This document shows, piece by piece, positions 1 through 23,123 of a stretch of 64,000 nucleotides of DNA (positions are counted from its first letter, which is position 1; each line of letters opens with the position of its first letter). Source of the stretch: Octopus sinensis (lineage: Eukaryota); the NCBI RefSeq assembly GCF_006345805.1, contig NW_021832124.1, positions 239,034 to 303,033 on the forward strand, written 5' to 3'. Both the position numbers and the translations under genes were made by a program. The notes beneath the pieces are model-generated. The model did not search any database. It was not told the DNA's origin and saw only the letters and a program-made list of their open reading frames with translations.

Positions 1-11637
<11,637 letters not shown>

Positions 11638-11658
11638 AGCAGTTTGAGATCTTAGAAT

Positions 11659-11672
11659 ATGTCCTAGGTAAC
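11659..11672. promoter_or_regulatory. Candidate RFX X-box upstream of dynein
   Basis: ATGTCCTAGGTAAC, about 22 bp before the inferred ATG; resembles GTNNCCATGGNAAC. Confidence 0.55.
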
Positions 11673-12632
11673 AATATTTATTTGTTTTGGAGTGTCCATT
11701 GATAATCCATTTATTTTAATCAAAAAAGATTTTTCTTAATCAAAAAATTCTCACAAAAATCCAATTTGAGATGTCGTAAAAGGATTGTTAATATTGTAAC
11801 TTTTAAACTGCATACATTTATGACGGGGAGGCATTCATAAAGTGTATTACCCATAAAGAAACGTGTCGTTTCCCTATAAATTCCTTGTATTTCCCTCTCT
11901 TGACACCTGCTCTTTATAGAAATATTATTTTCTGAGTCCACCACATTTGTAAAAATTCTGAAGAGGTTGATTTGTTTTCCGATGCGACTGGGGTAAAAAA
12001 TTGAAAAGTCCGTGACCAATGTTAAGATTTGAGTCACAAAGTTCGGTTTCTTGATGTGTTTGATCAAAATAAAATTAAATAAAATGTTCAGTTAATCTTC
12101 ACGCCATGAAGAACCTCATAGAGAAATCAATAAAATTCAGCCTGTGCCTTTAACTAATTAATTTCAAACTAAGTCCTGAGTCTTTCTCTTCTTCCTCCTC
12201 TTCTTTGGCTCTAATCCCTAGAAAAATTGTGTTAAGGTGGTTAAAGGTTGCATGCATCTAATATGCAATTCGGATTGACGAGTGACGCAGTCTTCATCGG
12301 CCACACTACAAAAAAAAGTTAAGGGACTTCGTTTGGATTAGATAGTTATTTGGTAACTTTGTCTTGAGCGAGATGTCGACATGTCGTTTACAACTTGCGG
12401 CAGGGAAATTAAAATTTTTACGTGTCCAAAACAGCTAAATAGATTTTGGTGGATAGGAAAACAAAGTAAATTCATTTATATTTAATAATTACGAGTTAAC
12501 CCCTAAAACAAACCGGAATTGACGCCGTTTTAATAAAAAAGGGGCAAATTCGCAAAAATTGCCGTAATTTACGTCTCCACGAACAATATAAATACGTGCT
12601 GTGCGTTTGCGGATGACAATTACTAATTGGAA

Positions 12633-13037
12633 ATGAAGACGTGTTTATATCAATTTCTTATTGAAAACCTAAACAAGAAGTGTCCGTATCTCACGTGGAT
12701 TGGGATGTCGAATTCGTTTCGCATCACCAATCCACCAGAACTTGCAAGAATGTGGGGGGAGTTGAAAAACAACCCTAAGATGACGGTTGACAAGTTCAAC
12801 CGCGTCTTAAGGTTGTACTACAACAACCCCAGGATCTTAAGAAGAGAAAAAGGACAAAAAAATACCTACACTTTTCATCATGATGTCCCTTATCAATCTA
12901 CTGAAGAATATACTTACTCGAATGTATATGAGCCCCCACTGACAGAAAATCAAAACCACTTTGGGGAGTGGAGTTATGAGGAATGCCTCTTTCCGCAATA
13001 TTATGATGATCTTTCAAATTATAACTTCTTTTTTTAA
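12633..13037 (+). CDS. Intronless divergent ETS-domain transcription factor, copy 1 (134 aa)
   Basis: LYQFL..LTW..FRITNPPELARMWG..KNNPKMTVDKFNRVLRLYY..KGQKNTYTF; TATAAATA at 12587; AATAAA after the stop. Confidence 0.9.
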   Translation: MKTCLYQFLIENLNKKCPYLTWIGMSNSFRITNPPELARMWGELKNNPKMTVDKFNRVLRLYYNNPRILRREKGQKNTYTFHHDVPYQSTEEYTYSNVYEPPLTENQNHFGEWSYEECLFPQYYDDLSNYNFFF

Positions 13038-13964
13038 AATTCTTTATTTTTTAAATAAAATTTCTACATATTAATTCTTACATTTATACACAAAAGTAAA
13101 TATTAGGTCGAGAAAGTAATTATCGATTGTTTATCGAGTTCCTAATCATCGATTTTTTTACTTAGATCTGACCCGAATTTATTGATTATTGAATTTTTTA
13201 TTGATTTTGATTTTTTAAATTTGTTAATACACAAATATAAAAGTTGTAGTTGTTAATTAATTAAACTTTGTTAAATTGCTTTAAAACAAAAACATTTTTT
13301 CAGACTGGTTTGTTCCTAAAGTTATTAATAAAAAAAACTAATTAACTAATTAATTCCTAACTAACTCCTAAGCTTTCGATGTGAAATTTATTAGAATTTC
13401 CAATTTCTTTTACTTAATTAATTTACGTGGTGCTATTTAGTCTTTCGTCGGTTGCTAAAGTTTTTTCAGTTGTTGAGTTCTGCTGTTTGTCAAACACTAA
13501 AGAACAAGAACAAACTTCGATTGTCGAAATCAACTAATTCAATAAAATACACCTATTATGAATATTTTCCGAAAATGCCGTATTAATAAAAAATGTTTTA
13601 CCACTCTTGTTGTGTAATGGCATGTCAAAGCACATTGGAGTCTCGTCTATGTTGCTATTCCTGCTAAGTGGAAATTCGCAATCTTTCGTTTTTTATCACA
13701 TAGAATTGGAATTCCATATTTTAGTTTAGGTCGGTCTTTAGAACATCGATGGACGCTGTCAAAACCCTTAAAGATATGTCAATGGAAGCTATGACTGTTT
13801 TGACGGTTTCCTCTCATTGAAGCCGTCCAGGACAAATTTAAAAAGAATTGTTAGGCTTCGTTTTCCTGTACTGTTTGGAAACGTACATATATTAATATGA
13901 TTGACAAAATTTTAAAACTGATTTGAATCTGAAAAATTTTAAAAATCGAATTGTTCCTTCAATT

Positions 13965-14400
13965 TGCTTTGATGTCTAATCCAAAATTAAAAAATTTAAA
14001 TATTAATTTACTGTTGATCAAAAGGTTGTCTGTTCTTAGATCTTCATAAACCAAATCCTGTCGATAAATGTAATGCATTATTCCACTTGCGACACAACAA
14101 AGACATTATTTAGACTAAAGAAATCAACTTGTATTTGCTAACATGTTGACTTTGATAGTTTTTCTTTATCTTTTGCGAATTACGTCCCCAACGTGTCCTT
14201 GCTTCATAAACTCTAACACCAATTTTGTTTTATTCTTGTTTAAACTGAAGCCAAGCATTTTTATAAAATTTTTTATTATTCAGTCGTGAAGAATTTAGCC
14301 TCTTCCATAAACTCACGATCCTTTATTTTTTCGGGTAACAACTTTTATAACTGACAAAAAAGTTCTATCAAGAGAAATATCTGATTTTCTTTGATGTAAT
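13965..14400 (-). pseudogene. Degenerate tyrosine-kinase-like catalytic domain fragment
   Basis: Minus-strand pieces read VIKKLLPEKIKDREFMEEAKF, FIKMLGFSL..LVLEFMKQGHVGDVIR and YIYRQDLVYEDLRTDNLLINSKLIFKFFNFGL; frameshifts present; HRD and DFG are decayed. Confidence 0.65.
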
Positions 14401-15114
14401 AATTCCGACTCCTTTTATTTCTACTTCCATTCTGCTACTATTGATAAAATAACTAAATTTAATAATTTGAGTTAAAAAAAACTCGTTGATTTCGCATCCA
14501 TTAACTATATACTTTCTATTCTGTTTTCTTTCGGGTAATAAATATTTAATTTGTATTTATTTTGACCGAAAGAAATATTTAACGAAAAAATAACTGAAAA
14601 TTTAAATTATAAATCTCTTGCCAACTTTAAACAATGAATCATCATTCATTGTAAAATTATATTAAACAAGAGTTTTGACGATTTGCTTGTTCTTGAAACC
14701 ATCTAAATATTAGTTGCATTTTTTCAACTAAATTTTTTGAAGATTGCAAATTCGGAAAATTCCTGGTTGATATTCAGATGACAAATTAAAAATTGACTCA
14801 TCGGCCACACTACAAAAGAATAAAAAGTTGAGGGACTTCGTTTGGATTAGTTAGTTCTTTGGTAACTTTGTCTTGAGCGAGATGTCGACATGTCGTTTAC
14901 AACTTGCGGCAGGGAAATTTAAAATTTTGGTGGATAGGAAAACAAAGTAAATTCATTTATATTTAATAATTACGAGTTAACCCCTAAAACAAACCGGACG
15001 TGGCGGCGTTTTAATAAAAAAAACGCAAATTCGCAAAAATTGCCGTAATTTACGTCTCCACGAACAATATAAATACGTGCTGTGCGTTCTGCGGATGACA
15101 ATTACTACTTGGAA

Positions 15115-15518
15115 ATGAAGACGTGTTTATATCAATTTCTTATTGAAAACCTAAACAAGAAGTGTCCGTATCTCACGTGGATTGGGATGTCGAATTCGTT
15201 TCGCATCACCAATCCACCAGAACTTGCAAGAATGTGGGGGGAGTTGAAAAACAACCCTAAGATGACGGTTGACAAGTTCAACCGCGTCTTAAGGTTGTAC
15301 TACAACAACCCAGGATCTTAAGAAGAGAAAAAGGACAAAAAAATACCTACACTTTTCATCATGATGTCCCTTATCAATCTACTGAAGAATATACTTACTC
15401 GAATGTATATGAGCCCCTACTGACTGAAAATCAAAACCACTTTGGGGAGTGGAGTTATGAGGAATGCCTCTTTCCGCAATATTATGATGATCTTTCAAAT
15501 TATAACTTCTTTTTTTAA
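15115..15518 (+). CDS. ETS-domain factor, copy 2; apparent -1 frameshift at ~15310
   Basis: Nearly identical to copy 1 except CCC for CCCC in AACCCCAGG; may be a consensus error. Confidence 0.75.
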
Positions 15519-16142
15519 AATTCTTTATTTTTTAAATAAAATTTCTACATTAATTCTTACATTTATACACAAAAGTAAATATTAGGTCGAGAAAGTAATT
15601 ATCGATTGTTTATCGAGTTCCTAATCATCGATTTGTTTACTTAGATCTGACCCGAATTTATTGATTATTGAATTTTTTATTGATTTTAATTTTTTAAATT
15701 TGTTAATAAAGAAATATAAAAGTTGTAGTTGTTAATTAATTAAACTTTGTTAAATTGCTTTAAAACAAAAACATTTTTCTCACTGGTTTGTTCCCACAGT
15801 TAGTAATAAAAAGAAACTAATTAACTAATTAATTCCTAACTAACTCCTAAGCTTTCGATGTGAAATTTATGTGAAATTTATAGATAGACAAAAAAATGTT
15901 TTTTAACTTTGATGCTGGATGAAGTTGTTAAATGCACTTGTTTAAAAATTCTGGAAGTCAAAACGTACTCAGTCCAATTTGTTGTGGCGAAATTCTTTGG
16001 TGGAATAGAAGCTGGTACGACAATCAAAATACCAAGTCGGATATCTCTAAAGACGAGGAGTATGATTGTGCTTATTGAATTAACTTGGCAAAGTCGCATG
16101 AGAATTAGAATTATTCATAGTGCAGAAATAGTGGGCATACTA

Positions 16143-17651
16143 CGTACCGCTCAAATGTTTCGGACCACCCTATTTTTCTCAATTTCCAAGTCAATCCTAA
16201 ATTATTTTTATACGGTTCTTTAGAGAAACTTATTAGATAAGCTTAAATACATTTATTCTATTCTAAAATTTTCTTTAATATTTTTGTTTGGCGCCAATTG
16301 AATATAATTGATTTTTGACTCGATCATATGTTCCGGACCAGTTGCAATCATATGTTTCGAACCAGTTAAACTCTTTAAATTTAAATAATTTTTGATTCAA
16401 TTAAAAACAAAGACTAATAATAACAAATGCCGCGTGTTTCACTGGTTGATCGGGTCGCTATCATCACTTTTTTTAAAGATGGAGCTTCACAAAGAGAAAT
16501 TGCCGAAAAATTAAAAATATCCAAAACTGCTGTTCAAAGAACAATTTCCAGATATTCATCCGTTGGACTATATTCCGACAGACCCAAATCTGGTCGACCG
16601 AGATTGTTATCCCCAAGATCTGAACGCAAATTAGTGAGAATTTCGAAAGCAGACCCCACAAAAACGGCAAATCAAATTAAATTTGATATGAAATTAAATT
16701 CTATTGTAAGCACAAATACAATTAAAAGATGCCTACAAAGAAATAATTTGAATGGGCGAAAGCAATGCCCAAAACCAAGTCTTTCCATATGCCATAAAAA
16801 GGCTAGAAAAAATTGGTGCATTGAGAAATTAACTTGGAGCCAAAATGATTGGGGTAAAATTATTTTAGTGATGAATGCAAAATAAATTTGCATTCAAACA
16901 CAAAAAATTATGTTAGAAGGCCACCAAACTCTAGATTTGACTCAAAATATTGTTTAAAAACACGAAAATTTTCTCCTAGCATTATGGTCTGGGGAGCTAT
17001 TGCTGCAAATGGATGGAGAAACATTGTCTTATGCATTAAAAATGTTGATTCCGCAGAGTATCAGAGAATTATAAATGTTGGACTCGAAAATTTTTATGAT
17101 GAGACCATGTATCTCCAGCAAGACGGCGCTCCTTCCCATCGGTCCATGTCGACAATGAATTTTTTTCAAAGGAAACAAATAAAATCTTAGAAACTTGGCC
17201 GAGCCAGTCACCCGAACTGAATATTATTGAAAATATGTGGTCGGTACTAAAACAAAAACTTTATGATCTGGAACCAAAAGATCTTCCAGAGCTCTGGAAT
17301 TTGACCAAAAAAATTTGGTACGAGATTGATAATTCGTACATTGAAAATTATACAATTCACTTCCAGAGCGAATAAATGCTGTTATAACGAAAACGGAGGA
17401 AATATTAATTATTAACTTTTTATAAGTTTAATAAATTTTCGGTTTTTTTTAAACTAGTCCGGAACATATGATCGAGTATAAAATCGATAATTTTAAATTG
17501 CGCCAAACATGAATATCTGTCCAAGTTTTTAAAATAAATAAATGTGTTTAAGCTTATCTAATAAGTTTCTCTAAAGAACCGTATAAAAATAATTTAGGAT
17601 TGACTTGGAATTGAGAAAAATAGGGTGGTCCGAAACATTTGAGCGGTACTG
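16143..17651 (+). mobile_element. Tc1-family (DD34E) transposon, IR/DR type, full length
   Basis: ~200-bp inverted repeats starting C(A)GTACCGCTCAAATGTTTCGGACC with internal direct repeats; TA at both ends. Transposase 16427-~17415 has paired-like HTH, GRPR, SDE, QQDGAPSH and WPSQSPELNIIE. Confidence 0.95.
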
Positions 17652-17816
17652 TAGTATGCTGGTTGCGGATACACAAAAATGTGTCGAATAGTGTAATCAT
17701 CATATTAGTTTATTAACTGTGGAATCCACCCCGAGAACATTCGACGTGTATGTTTTGACTGTTTAATAAGACACCGAAATCGACCTACCCTGAATAAATA
17801 AGACAATATTTAATAT

Positions 17817-19076
17817 TCAAGTAATGCAGGAAAAGGGTTCGGGGGATATGCAGCAAATATCGTCATATGAGAAGAGAACGGGAGTGGAGGACGTGCCCGC
17901 AGTGAGTTTGACACTGGCCATATTCCTCGTCCGATCTTTCTTGACGACTGTCCCAACCTGGACTGACACTACAAACCAACCTTCCCGACGCAGGGCCCCC
18001 GGAGGACATACACCATATCCTCCGAGTTGCGGGGAATCACAGTCTGCAAATGTCGTTGTTTGAGTCCTACACATCACACAACCACCTACCGAACACCATT
18101 TCCCCACTGTCCTGGCGAGAACAATTGCACACACAATTAGCACCAATCTCCTTGATGACCATCTATGATGAACACCCACAACATACACGAGAGTTGTAGG
18201 ACTGGGAACTCTTGTTGATGTCACGGACTATCAGATTCAGTTTCAGCCAACAATCCGAGTCATTCCCACTCCTCAGAATATCTCCAAATATACCCAAACA
18301 CAAAACCCCCGTTTTTCCGGTTGTACTCGTCCACGGTCACCGAACTGATCTCCGACATGCGAAGGGCAACCACCTTGCCTGTCAGGGATATTCTGACCCT
18401 CACTTTCCCGTCCCTCACCGACTCCACCTAGATGGTTAGTCACGTGTGCAACCGTGGCGTAATATCCCTTGTAGGCGGAGTGAGTGACCACACAGTGATC
18501 CCCAGTCTTGAATCCCTCACTCCGGAGGGCGGACTCCACACCCAACCCCATCAAGTGAGGTCTGAGGGCCACATCGCGGACGGGGCATACACTACATAGC
18601 CCACTCTACTTACCCTTTGAATGTGCGGCCCACACCCTCCCCCTCTTTCCAGCCCATTCCTCGAATCATTGCCAGTCCAAAGTTGTCCACTGACACTTGA
18701 CTGTAGTCGGGGTCCTCTGGTTCCGAGTGGTCGGGGGAGACTGCCACTATTTTATGGTCTGAGGATTCATTTGGCAGGACATCTCGCCCAATTCCGCTCA
18801 TTAGTTCATTGATGGCTGCTTCCTCCAGTCTCGAGCGAGTGGGCGTGTTCTCCACTGCTTTCTTTATTCGTTTTTGGAAGGAATTGAAGTGTTTGTTGGG
18901 CATTATTACTGCTTTCTCTCGTTTTAATGAGCTCTGCTGGGTACTTGGAAATTAATAATTTATCAACACCCATAGAAATCGAGATACTCAATTTTCTCCA
19001 CGTTGTCCTCTTCCACGTTCATTTGAACAATCTTTGGAGGTGGTTTTGATTTGATACCAAAAAGAACTTTCTTCAT
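17817..19076 (-). CDS. GPKOW: G-patch and KOW domain protein (Spp2/MOS2 family)
   Basis: DYSQVSVDNFGLAMIRGMGWKEGEGVG G-patch, LRPHLMGLG, KOW-like segments and C-terminal FSYDDIC. Confidence 0.88.
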
Positions 19077-19199
19077 CACTAACTGAGTGTATGTATTCTT
19101 TTATTTATTAAATTAATATAAACAGGTTTAACATATCAATTAAGAAAAACTTAAATATTTGAAGAAATGCCAATATGTTAGTAGAAAAGAAAGAGTGAC

Positions 19200-20164
19200 T
19201 TATCGAGGACACACAGCATGTTTACCCCCATCCACATGCAGCAATTCTCCGGTGATGAACCCGCTCTTGTTTTTGTCGGCCAAGAAGAGAACTGCCTCCG
19301 CTACTTCCTCGGGCAGTCCGTTTCTACGAAGAGGGTGGACTTGTCTCCCACGTTCGAGGAACTGTGAATATGACTGAGGTTGTACTTGCTGGTAGGCCTC
19401 CTCCTCAATGCCCGAAGACCTGTGGAGTTGTGTGAGGATGATCCCCGGACTAAAGAGTAATGAGGAAGACCGACTTGACAGAGTTGACCCTGATTTGGCG
19501 GGGACCCAACTCTATGGAGTGAGTGGGGAATCTACCGAGGGAAGCACACTTGGTGAGTTGGTCGAGGGCACTTTTGGAGATGCAGTAGGAGAGGACATTG
19601 GGGAACTGGAGAGTAGGGAGAGGACTTACAGCTCGAGTGCCAGTTATGCTGGACACATTGACAATACTCCCTTCAGTCTCAGCCAGGAAGGGAGTGGCCA
19701 ACTGGATTAAGTAGAGTGGGGCACTTTATTAGTGTGTGCAATCAAACCGCAAATTAATATCCAGCATTCGATCGAATTTGTCCATGCAAATATTCTCCAC
19801 ATTGTCATTCCCGATTATCCCTGCGTTGTTGACCTGGGACCATTCAGGGGTGACCTTACCAGCACATCCAGTCGCCCAAAGTGCTGCCGACATTGCTCCA
19901 CCATTGACTTTAGTTGAGTCAGGTCAGAACAGTCCGTGGGAACCACCAAGTGCTGGGTCTAAGGCACGAGGACTACATTCGAGGGCTGAGCACACTTGTC
20001 TCGCACTTTCTTCAGGAGGAGTTCATTTCGGGAAGCCAGACAGAGGTTGATTCCATGTTTTGCGAAGAGGATGGCGGTGGCCTCCCCAATTCCAGAACTG
20101 GCGCCTGGAAGACAAGAGTGATTGCACTACCTGTTATTATTGCTACTTTTCCCGACATTGACAT
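19200..20164 (-). CDS. Classical short-chain dehydrogenase/reductase (FabG-like)
   Basis: Spliced TGASSGIG, VNNAG, IVNVSS, YCISK, IRVNSVNPG and [11 protein letters not shown]; eight 24-26 nt GT-AG introns. Confidence 0.93.
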
Positions 20165-20393
20165 GCAACAATTTGAGATTTTATTAATTCATTTTCAAAT
20201 ATTATCAGTTTATTAATAACGGTAGACAACAATTGATTGTCATATTGTGGCAGGTCCTCGCCAAGGACAACCGGCAATGGTCTCTGGGCATCCATGTGGA
20301 TATGGGATTTATAAAATGTCCATTAAAAGTCAAGTGGATATTTAAAATATAATTAAAATAAGTAAATCTGGGCAATTAATTGTGTTAAGTGGG

Positions 20394-21396
20394 ATGAATT
20401 TCAAGGAACTGTCGGACAAACTGTAAGCAGAGGAGGTAACCCTGCAGCAAGTCGATGGTGACGATGAACGCCATCCAGAGTAAAGTGCGAGACGTGACCT
20501 CCTACGAGGAGTTTGGTCCAACAACTCAGGACATGCAGGCAATCGTCGACTTGATGGCCCAGTCCGAAGCCAACTTCAACGACGTGTGCCACATTCTCTG
20601 GAAGCGACTGTTCGAAGACATCGACAATGACTGGGTGAGAGTGTACAAGGTTGCCCTCCACAATCAACACAGAGCCTCAAACTCCTCCATTTCATTATCA
20701 TTCGGGGGGACAGTCGGTTCATTGCTCGTGCCAGACGACAGACTTCGTCCCTTCGACTCAACCTCATTCACTACACCTGTCTGGACAGGGATGGGCGTGA
20801 CCAGGGAATTAATGGTCTCCTCCTCTCCCACATCCCCAGTCCGCAGTAAAGTGTGCGACATCCTCGACCTCCTGGCAGACGATGCCACTCTCCGATCAGA
20901 GAGACTCAAATCACGAGAAATCCAGTCCAAGATTGGGAAGACAGTCGTGTTGTGTAGTGTCCCCACTCTTGTCCCTAGCCGGAGAACGTCCTCTCGACAC
21001 GTCCTCGAAGGGGTTTCTTTCCTCCGTCGTGACCTCCTTTCGAACAAGGATGACCCCCAATTCCTGGTTGGTGTGTGTTCACCACTCAGGGACGGGTCCT
21101 ATGACGACTACACATACCAGGGATACTCCGATCATTCTCCCGAATCTGAAAAAGTGGAGTCTCCCCCTATGGATGTGCCTTCGGAGGCGGGGATTGAGGA
21201 TTTGATTGGATTGGACGATGTGTGTGTGGCGGACAACACTCAACCCCACAATCTTTTTGAAGACGAGTTTGGGGACTTTGTTGGTTGTGAGACCAGTCCG
21301 GATTGGGGAGATACCACTGTCACGAGCACTCCCCTTTCTCCTCCCAAGACTGTTGATCCCTTTGCTGATATTCTTGACCTACTCAAGCCAAACTAA
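20394..21396 (+). CDS. CLINT1: ENTH-domain protein, epsin-related/CLINT1-like
   Basis: SKVRDVT..FGPT..LWKRLF..WVRVYKSLKLLHFII..GRDQGINVR; C-terminal DLIGL, FGDF and DPF motifs; five micro-introns. Confidence 0.8.
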
Positions 21397-22299
21397 CACT
21401 TTATTCATATTTAATCCATATTTTTTATTTAATCTGTGGTTCGTGCACCTATTTGATATCATAAATGAATTATCAGTATTTGCACAAATTCTTTAAATGA
21501 AGTACAATGCGCACGTTTGAGGAAGCAAATAATCTTTCATTCAAACATAGCCTCTATGTTACATGCCGGAACAGGTCCCATTTTCCACAATAGATTGTTC
21601 TGCAAAGTTATATCCATTACCAAGGTAATTATAACAAATAAACAGCTTGAGACTACCATATGCTACTCAAAAGATAGCAGAGTTTATTGAAAAAATGTGT
21701 TCACCAACAAAAAGAACATGCTTGAAGGATTAACTGTGAATGAAATCTTTGAACACAAGTATTGTTACACAAATAGTGTGCTTTGATGGTGGCATTGATG
21801 ATGGCAAATCTTTATAATGTAGACAAGAAAAGAATTGTTTTATCATCATACTAGTTTTCTATTAAGCTATACATCAACCAATTCTTCCTGGAAAGCAAAG
21901 TCAACTACTTTTGAGAAGATTACACGCGTCGTTGAAAACAGTCAGTAATTATGACCTGTAAGTTTCGTGGAGCAAAAGTGGGCGCAATCCATTTTGTTAG
22001 GCATTATTAAGGAATTGAAGATTGAGAACAACAGTAGAGAAAAGTCTCGTGTATGGCACATATAATTGATAAAATAATTTGACAAGTTAGTTTAACCTCA
22101 ATTTGTCATTTGAAAAGGAAGTCGTAAAATTCATTTCCTAATGAAAATGAATGACGTAGTGTTTTTATAATCGACTTATAATTAAAAGCAGAGAACATTG
22201 GAGAAAAAACGAACAAAGGCACCAGTAGAAGATATAAAAAGCATTTATTGAAATAAATAGAACAAGTATTATATATAGCAAATACAGTTCAAATACTGC

Positions 22300-22482
22300 T
22301 CACTTGCGCATGGCCATAATCCAATCTTCCGGCAAGTTGGTCATGTCATTTCCAATGTGCATTACATGCCCCACTTCGGTGGGTCCCTCAATAATTATCT
22401 CCTCCTGATTATCCCTTCTGAGCTTCTTGAGCCAAAGAAAGAACTTTTTCCACAATGAAATCTTTTCCACCTTTACATTCAT
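22300..22482 (-). CDS. 60-aa CRIB-motif microprotein (CDC42SE/SPEC-like)
   Basis: IIIEGPTEVGHVMHIG resembles the CRIB consensus ISxPxxFxHxxHIG; basic/amphipathic N-terminus; AATAAA downstream. Confidence 0.6.
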   Translation of the reverse strand: MNVKVEKISLWKKFFLWLKKLRRDNQEEIIIEGPTEVGHVMHIGNDMTNLPEDWIMAMRK

Positions 22483-22778
22483 TGTGAGTTAGAATACAGA
22501 ATACACTCAAATTATTGAAATTAATCCAATTTTATTTCTTTTTATTTGTCAAACATTAAAAATAAAACAATTAATTAAACTCATAAATACCATTACCAAT
22601 GTCCCCAGAGCTATGGAAATTGAGTTTTCGATAACTTTAATTAGAAATAAGTGAATAGAATGACTGACAGACGAATTCAGCTGTCTCTGCGAATGATTCT
22701 TTCATGAAGAATTGATTAAGACAGCTGCTGCACTGACAATTCCATTTAATTAGTGTTCTATTCCAATTACTGCAACGC

Positions 22779-23053
22779 ATGGACTATCCCATTCTAAGTA
22801 GTCCCTCACATAATCCATAGTTTGGCTTGGGATACTCACATTTGGGCTCCTTCTACTCCTCGCCCTCATTCTGTACCTGTTCTGGTAAGCAGAATATTTG
22901 CAGTTAATAACCAGCAAGAGTCCTCCAAAAGAAAAGGAAGGTGCAATAAAGTTGGCTGAAAAGAAGGAATCCGAGCTGCCAAAACTGGAAGACACGCCCT
23001 CAGTAATCTACACAATTGCGGGGAAGGCCAAAGTAGTGAATGTGGTTGAATGA
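22779..23053 (+). CDS. 73-aa single-pass membrane microprotein, absent from the ORF track
   Basis: Introns 22798-22820 and 22885-22914 give MDYPILIWLGILTFGLLLLLALILYLFCKSPPKEKEGAIKLAEKKESELPKLEDTPSVIYTIAGKAKVVNVVE. Confidence 0.65.
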
Positions 23054-23123
23054 ATAGCTGGAAAACAGTGAGGTGACAAACCCCCTGTTCTCGGGACAAT
23101 GACCAAACAAAGGACAGTTGTGT

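Larger units (their letters stand above)
12293..15870 (+). repeat. Direct duplication of a ~1.1-kb ETS cassette (about 12293-13391 and 14798-15870)
   Basis: Near-identical promoter, CDS and 3' flank; the two ATGs are 2482 bp apart. Confidence 0.95.

Noticed and set aside
11720-12067. 115-aa ORF upstream of dynein
   Set aside because: No ATG start or recognisable motif; AT-rich intergenic sequence.
15305-17420. Programmed frameshifting in ETS copy 2 and the Tc1 transposase
   Set aside because: Single-base losses in homopolymers, a typical long-read error; no supporting stimulatory structure seen.
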